64,000 nucleotides of DNA from Selaginella moellendorffii (taxonomy: Eukaryota; Plantae; Lycopodiophyta), in assembly GCF_000143415.4 (NCBI RefSeq), contig NW_003314269.1:3093060-3157059 (forward strand). Direction: 5' to 3'. Below, in pieces: positions 54,741-64,000 of this stretch; within the stretch, counting starts at the first letter, position 1, and each line of letters starts with the position of its first letter. Made by a program: the position numbers and the translations under genes. Below the pieces are notes generated by a model. It was given only the letters and a program-made list of their open reading frames with translations, did not search any database and was not told where the DNA came from.

Positions 54741-56612
54741 TCAATGCCCAAACGAATGTAAGCACTCCCTGGGAGCTCTCCAAAACATCCTCACTTCTCG
54801 GCTCTCCTGGGACGATAGATTCCTGTACCGATTCCAATCCTCGAGCACCAGCTTCAAATCCACAAGCTTCCTCTCCAGCTTGGTGCAGCAATTCGCGTGA
54901 ATCGTGCACACCTCGTCGAAGTCCCTGCTGATCTGACAAAACCCGCCGAAGTATCTGGTATCCAGGAAGCGAACCTTGAGCTTGAGAGCCTTGAACTGGG
55001 GGCTGTGCTTGATGTCGTTAAACACGTCCTGGTCGTGATGGTTTGGGTGCTTGAGTCGCGACTCGTACCAGAGCTTGTAGAGGGCGATCGTCCGGGGGCT
55101 CGAGATGGCGTGGATGAAGCCACCGTTGGGATCGTTCCTGAGGTCCTCGGGGTTTCCATTGAAACGGTCGCAAGCTATCTCGAAGTCGGCCTCGGGAGAA
55201 AAGTGCTGGAAGGGATCGCGAAACCACATTATATCCGCGTCCTGCAAGCACGAAAGAGCTTTAGTTTATGAGATCCAGCTCTTATGACAGTGGCACGAAC
55301 TTAAATATAGAACGACTCTCATACAAGTTCAAGCAAAACATAAATTCTACAAGGATAGTATAACCATCACAAAATCCTTGAGGAGGAAAGATAGAAAACA
55401 ATTCTCCGGATTCCTTGACCAAACAAGAATAGTTTTCTCGTCATCTTCGGAAACAATAAAGCAAACAACAAATTTAACTAAGAACCATGTGGAACGGACA
55501 GACGAAGCCGGCACAAATCAATCAAGGCATCCAAAGCATGCGGGGAAAACAAACCCTTTGGAACGTGACAGGGAACAAGAGCCGAGTCAAAACCAAACAG
55601 GCAGTTCCAAACGACGAGAAGTTGTGCTTTAAAAAAAAATGGAAGAAAAAAAAATACACATACCGTGAAAACGAAGTTGTAGCCGAGCTTGAGCACGATG
55701 TGTAGAAACTCAACTCTCCTCCACATCATCTTGAGATAGTCGGAGCTCATGAAGACCTTCTCGCCGGTAAAGTCGACGCCATCGGTGGCGAGCTTGAAGC
55801 AGTGCCTGTGAAGCTGCAAGCACCGAGTGTGAGAGGCCTGGTCGAGATTGACGATGAGCAAATGGTCGAGCAGCCCGCGGGTGCCATCTCCCAGCCGGAA
55901 ACTTTGGAAGAACGCGTCGATCATGCTATCGTTGTCAGCCCACGATTTGTTGAGAGTTGTGAGTATTACTGTTTTGTTACGGAAGGCCACCTCCGCGAGA
56001 CTCGCCTTTAGAGTGCTCACGTCCTGCGCCAAAGGAAGGAAAAAAAATCTCCACGGTTAGCGCAAAGCCACAATAGTGCCAATAGATATGTATCACACAA
56101 AGACAAAGAAGTTTAAAAGAACCACGGCATTGATCGATCGAGCAAGGAAGTTTCGACCAGATTTCGATTTCGATTTCGATTTCCAGGCGCCGAGGAAAGA
56201 ATCGATGGGGATTTGCTCGAAGAAGGAGAAATTCGGAGCTGGGGGAGGGAAACCTGGAAGAATTTGGGACCAAGAAAAGAAAGCGAGGAAAGATTTCGAG
56301 CGAAATCGGAGCCGCGGAGCTGGAATCTCTCGAAATATCACCCGATCGCAGGCCAAGCATCCTGGGAAAGTGGAAAAAGAGGATAGAGGAGCGCACCGGA
56401 GCGGAGGATTGGCCGTCTTGATACCAGAGGAGATACGACTGGGTCTTGCGCGAGAGGAGCATCATCGTCTTGCCATCATCGGACATGTAGACCGCGGCGA
56501 AGAGGATCACGCACACCAGCGCGGCCAGAACTCCCAGGAAAGCTGACCAGAAATTCGCCCTGCTGATGGCGTTGCTACTGCTGCTGCTACTAGCGCACCC
56601 TGGCCCGCCCAT
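54741..56612 (-). CDS. Nucleotide-diphospho-sugar transferase (GT77-like), type II membrane protein
   Basis: N-terminal TM helix, KTVILTTLNKSWA, YLKMMWRRVEFL..LGYNFVFT|DADIMWFRDP, HANCC. Confidence 0.9.
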
Positions 56613-57064
56613 TTCCTGCCTAGAAATCTCTAAGAATTCACCGCGCGCCTGTCATGGATCGCAAGGCGCTCACATTTCCAGCGCGATCGCTCCGCCAGGG
56701 CCTTGACCACGGTATTTCGCCAGCAGTCGAAACGGACCGCCATGGGAGCTTAAGAACGACAGGCTGTACGAAAGAATGCCCCAAATAGTACGGCATGAGC
56801 CCACAAAATAAACTAAACCCCACAGTCCATGTGGAACGCCACGTATGCCCTAATCACTCGCCAGTTAAAACTTTTTCTCTTCCCGTGTTCTTGGAGTGCT
56901 TGTGTAGATCAACTTAATGTTTCTGCCAAGTTCCTGGGCCATCTAGAAATGCTGTAATAGAAATCTTATTGTGTAGCAATGGTAGCTACAGCTCTAACAA
57001 GCTGCTATACACAAAGTAAAAGTACCTCTTTTTTCTCTTTTGATTTTCCTGGCTTTAGATTCGC

Positions 57065-58123
57065 TTAGAACGCTTGCAGCTTCTTGCAGTTTGGAGTCTC
57101 GCTGATCTTTCCCCAGGCCCGGAGATTGAGCTCCACCCGGCAATTGTGCGTCAAAACATCGCGGTAGTCTCGCTCAACCTGGGCCTCGACTTGCTCGCGG
57201 ACCCTCGATCCAAGCGGGTGTTCCTGGTGAAAACTCGGCGACTTGACAAAGTAAGGCACACCTCGGTTGTGAGTACTTAGCTCGTGAAGATATGGCGATT
57301 GCCGCTCAAGGGAGTAGTAACTGGGCTGCGACATCGGGAAGGATGTGAGAGCGATCACCAGAAAGATGAGTACCAGGTGGACGATCCCGGTGAGGTTGAT
57401 CGACTGTCCACCCTCGGGGGCCCTGGCCATCCCCGCGGGAGTTCTCACAAAATGCTGCCTTTGGAAGTTCCGACCCTGGCCGCCAAAGAAGAAGGCCTGG
57501 AAGATCTCGTCCGGATCGAAGTGATCGTCGAAGAAATCGTTCCTGCGCCGGCGCATCCCCTGCTGCTGGTGCTGGTGCTGGGCGAGATTCCTCGCCTCCT
57601 CTGGCCCGTATCGATCATATCTCTCCTTGAGCTCCGCGTTGCTCAAGCACTGGAACGCTCTAGACACCGACTTAAACGCCTCCTCGGCGCCCGCGGCCTT
57701 GTTCTTGTCCGGGTGGACTTTGAGCGAGAGCTTCCGGTACGCCCTTCTCACGTCCTCCTCCGAGCACTCCTTCCCCAGCCCCAAAATCTCGTAGTAGTCT
57801 ACTGTCCGATTGATGCGCACCACAATCTCGATCTGCTCCGGGGAGGGATCGCTGCTGGCCGTGGTGCTGCTGGCCGTGTCCTTGACCTCGGATTCGTGCT
57901 CGCCGTTCCTCTGCGAGCTGCTCTTAGATCCTCCCGAGCTCTTTCGAATGTCGTCCTCCTCCCCAAGCCCCAGCTTGGAGGCCAATTCTCTTACATCTAG
58001 ATCTTCCGGCCGGAGGCGCCGAGCTATGGAGACGTACTTACGAGCGCGCGACTTGTCGCCAGATTCGATTGCTGCCCTGGCTATCTGGACGCAGCGCTCC
58101 GCCTCCCCTCTATTGCTTTCCAT
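57065..58123 (-). CDS. ER-membrane DnaJ protein (DNAJB12/14-like; J domain, TM and DUF1977), intronless
   Basis: MESNRGEAERC, DYYEILG..LSLKVHPDKNKA, PDEIFQAFF, and a TM segment. Confidence 0.92.
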   Translation of the reverse strand: MESNRGEAERCVQIARAAIESGDKSRARKYVSIARRLRPEDLDVRELASKLGLGEEDDIRKSSGGSKSSSQRNGEHESEVKDTASSTTASSDPSPEQIEIVVRINRTVDYYEILGLGKECSEEDVRRAYRKLSLKVHPDKNKAAGAEEAFKSVSRAFQCLSNAELKERYDRYGPEEARNLAQHQHQQQGMRRRRNDFFDDHFDPDEIFQAFFFGGQGRNFQRQHFVRTPAGMARAPEGGQSINLTGIVHLVLIFLVIALTSFPMSQPSYYSLERQSPYLHELSTHNRGVPYFVKSPSFHQEHPLGSRVREQVEAQVERDYRDVLTHNCRVELNLRAWGKISETPNCKKLQAF

Positions 58124-58296
58124 CGATCGATCCAAAGAGAAAACCCTATCCTTGCCCTAAGGAAACGCCAATATCTGGCGGAATATTCTATTTTGCATGT
58201 ATTTAGAATGTATTGCTACAGAATATTCTATTAAGCACAATTTGACGTGACGGAATATTCTACCTTAGGCTCCTCAATTTAGGGTTCTTCTCGGCT
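58124..58296. promoter_or_regulatory. 173-bp bidirectional promoter with three GAATATTCTA copies, TGACGTG and telo-box-like motifs
   Basis: gaatattcta at 58181, 58221 and 58253, between divergent ATGs. Confidence 0.6.
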
Positions 58297-60656
<2,360 letters not shown>

Positions 60657-60865
60657 GCATGAATTGTCGTACTTCCCCATTCTTTATTGTACGGTAGTGG
60701 GAACAGCAGGTACGGACATGGAAGGGGTCGCACGTGCTAGCATGGTCAAGAGAGAAATCACTTGAATTACAGAACATACTTTTTGGTGAGTCAAGAAAAT
60801 CCGCCCGACTTTGAATCCAAGACTAAATCTCCCTGGGATCACTTCTTTCTTTTCTTTCTTTTGTC

Positions 60866-62070
60866 TTAGCGTACATAAAAAGACTCGCTGCCAAAGATGA
60901 TTCCATTGTCTCCTTCTGGAGCGTGGGATCCAGGCTCGGAATAATCAACGCTGGGCGGCAGCCACAGCGACGAGACTTGATCCATCCCAAACATTATCAT
61001 CTGGCTTTGGAGCTCCAACTCGTGAGCGGCATTCGCGAAGAAGTGGTCATGGTGTTGTCCGGGAACCATTTGGTCGTCGCTGATTTCGATGCTTGATTCT
61101 TCGGACGTGTCTATCGATGTTGCGGATCCGAGATAATCTTGGTGATCCGTGATGTGAGTTTCTCTAGGATGGTCTTTCCCTGAAACCCTTGTACTACTAC
61201 TCGTGGGATCATGCTTTAAGTCATGCTTGTTCCTGGAATCTATCGGACGCGAGCAATCGGGCGAGCTCGACTTGGAGATGGGGGATTTAAACTCGTTGGC
61301 GCTGCCATCGTCCGTGAGCGCGGAGGAAATCGAGGAGAAGGAGAGGCTGTGGCAAAACTTGGAGGATCTCGACTTGGATGTCGGCTCGGCCATTGGGCTG
61401 TTGGCCAGTGGCTTGTGGGTCTTTGGATTGATGCCCAGCTTGAGCAGCTTCTTCCCGAGATGGAAGTTCCAGTAGTTTTTAATCTCATTGTCGCTGCGGC
61501 CAGGGATTCTACCCGCGATGATAGACCATCTGCTTGGACAGAAAAGATTTTCAAAGAGAGATTTTAAATCAAACCCAAGTGGATGGAATGTTTTTCTTGG
61601 TGTGTATGATACCTGTTGCCAAGTAGCGAATGCAGCTTGATTATCAGTGCGTCTTCGTCCTCTGAGAAACTTCCCCTCTTGAGGTCCGGGCGGAGATAGT
61701 TGAGCCATCGTAGCCGGCAGCTCTTTCCACACCGCAGCAGGCCTGGCCAGGAACAAAATCGCGATCAAAACCATGGATTCTCGATGAGAAAATGCAGCAA
61801 GAACACCATATTTCAGAGAATAATCGCGCAAATTCACCCATGCAAGAACGGAATCACAGAAGAACAACCTGCCGCCTTGGGGACCTTTCGCCAATTCCCT
61901 CGATCCCCATACAATTTCATGTGGCGCAGGAGCAGCGCATCCTCCTCCGACGTCCAGGGACCTCGCCGCAGCTGGGATTCATTGCAACAAGTGCAAGAAG
62001 CCGAGGGAGAAGAAGAAGAAGAAGAGCAAGACAGCGATGGCGATGATCCGGCAGGAGCTCTTGGTGCCAT
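60866..62070 (-). CDS. R2R3-MYB transcription factor
   Basis: [68 protein letters not shown]. Confidence 0.94.
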
Positions 62071-62359
62071 GGCGATGCTGGAAATTGCCGTCCTCGATAG
62101 AAAAACGATCGATCATTGGGAGGGGGGACAGAGTGACGAAGATGAAGAACACCAGCCGAGGAAACAACCTAGGAAGGCCACCAGTTTTTCCACACATTAT
62201 ATTCCCGTAGCTTGAAATTCCCGCCAGCGTGTACGATCGAATTTATCAGCATATTCCCTCCTTACCAAAGGACACGTGTTGTGCAATGCTGGGAACACGT
62301 GTCGCTGTGGGCATGGACGAGTTCTTCAGTGACCCAGGAGGAGCTAGGGTTTCGTGAGA

Positions 62360-63305
62360 ATGCTCGCGATCTTCGGGAAATCGGTGGCGCAAGCGCCTGA
62401 GCAGCTCAGCGCAGCTTGCGGTGACCATGGCGATGGAGGAAATGAGGGAGGATCGCCCGATCTGGTGAGCTCCTTCCGAGAATCCTATCCCGAAGCGGTC
62501 GTGTTTCAAGCCGGCGAAGCGGCGATCGCCTACAGCCATGAGCGCCAGGCCTTGCTCAAGCCGAGGTAGGCAAGTTTTTCTCCCAGGAAAGTTCTTGCAA
62601 GGGATTGGATTGGATGAGATGGAATATTGACCAACGATGAACACCAGGACTTTTGCTGTGGCGGACGATATCTTCTGCGTGTTTGAAGGCATCCTAGAGA
62701 ATCTCACGTCGCTCAAGCAGCAGTATGGCCTCTCGAAGGTGGCCAACGAGGTGCTCATTGTCATCGAAGCGTACAGGAATTTGAGAGACCGGGCACCATA
62801 CCCGACTGACCATATGATCCGCGAGTGGAAGGGCCACTTTGCCTTCGTCCTCTTTGACAACACAACACAACGCGTACTCGTCAGTGCTGTGAGTGGCCAA
62901 GAATTTTCTTCGTGATGGAGGACTTTCTGTCGCTCTCGTTCTACGCTTTTACTTTCCTCTTTTCAGGATTGTCAAGGAAAAGTCTCGCTCTTTTGGGGGG
63001 TCACGTCGGAAGGCTCGCTGGTTTTCTCGGACGACTTTGACGTTCTCAAGAATGGGTGCTTCAAATCTTCGTCTCCATTTCCACCTGGTAAGGAGGACTT
63101 TAGCTTGCGATAGAATATAATTTCTATTGATTGGTTGTGCACAGGATGCTTCTTCTCGAGCGAGCAGGGGCTCCAGAGCTTCGATCACCCGCTGAACGAA
63201 GTGAAAGCCTCGCCCAGGGGAAAAGGCAAAGACGGAGTAAAGTTTGAGGTGGATCGGCCAGAGCAACCTGTGGGCGATGGACCAGGTTGGGCGTCTGCGT
63301 TCTAA
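62360..63305 (+). CDS. Wali7/TSJT1/aluminium-induced protein (YGL and LRDR motifs)
   Basis: MLAIFGKSVAQAPEQL, LKQQYGLSK, IEAYRNLRDRAPYP, LFWGVTSEG, PFPPGCFF. Confidence 0.92.
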
Positions 63306-64000
63306 ATGGAGAGGAAGAAATTTGCGAAAGACACGGTACCTCCCCTTGCCTCGTGCATCTGCGAATTATTTGACTTCACTGCCTCTTGCTACTGAGTTTA
63401 GTCATTGAATAAATTGACTAGGCGCCAAGAGAACACAAGAAGATATAAGATGATTTCCCATGCTTTGAAATTTTCGGTTTACAGCCAGTCATAACCAAAA
63501 CCGGATGCTAGCGATGGGGTGGGATAGGTGTTGGTAAGGGATCTGGCCATGCTTTTTCATTCCTCTCTTTGCTTGGACCTCGAGTCTGAATTTCCCAGGT
63601 GCTCCACCTCAGGTACCCTGCTCAGGGTGTAAATAAGAAAAAGTTTTGTATTCAAATCAAATTATAACTCAAATCAGTTCTGTGAATTCCAATTTGCTCC
63701 AATGGAAATTTCAATTTTTAACATAATTCCCTCAACTAAAGGTCCATTGTATGTTATACTACTATGACTTTGCATATGGGATCCACACCTGTACTTTCTT
63801 TTGAGCACCTTTCACATGGTTTTTATAGGTTGAAGCCTTCATAAATTCTTGTCCGGCACTTTTTATTTCTCACACATGATCGAATCAGATGATGGTTGAA
63901 GTAAGCTCGTGATTTGTACTTTTATTTGTCGCTGAGTGCATATTAATTTGGCAGCAATAAGTCCTTTTCCTGCATGATTTGGGGTGCCCAGGTGCTCAAG

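Noticed and set aside
63400-64000. Possible gene or TE remnant at the right edge
   Set aside because: No recognisable ORF or motif within the window.

Overview
Eukaryotic land-plant nuclear DNA. Genes are densely packed, most introns are about 50-70 bp, and telo-boxes (AAACCCTA) lie near many starts; this architecture suggests the lycophyte Selaginella (inference). The window has two halves. (i) About 1-28.7 kb holds a minisatellite, an intact ABCC/MRP transporter, a clavaminate-synthase-like dioxygenase, a RUS-family gene and an intronless AMT1. These sit among scrambled gene fragments (ABCC in three places, U-box, PPR in two places, RUS, VPS41). (ii) About 28.8-63.3 kb is a tight run of intact genes: NUG2, GrpE, DnaJ-ferredoxin, APX, KUP/HAK, BRIP/GLTSCR, USP, EXO70A, RACK1, CCT, LTN1, GT77, DnaJ-DUF1977, GCN5, R2R3-MYB and Wali7/TSJT1. 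The most striking object is a 2266-bp non-autonomous LTR element (TRIM-like) at 10692-12957. It has three 170-bp LTRs, the third LTR plus its PBS and internal domain are inverted, and the whole unit is flanked by one GGAAT target-site duplication. It therefore looks like a fold-back retroelement integrated through two U3 ends. Second, EXO70A carries two extra in-frame acidic, motif-bearing exons inside an otherwise conserved junction. Exon boundaries were read by eye; spans given for spliced genes run from start codon to stop codon.
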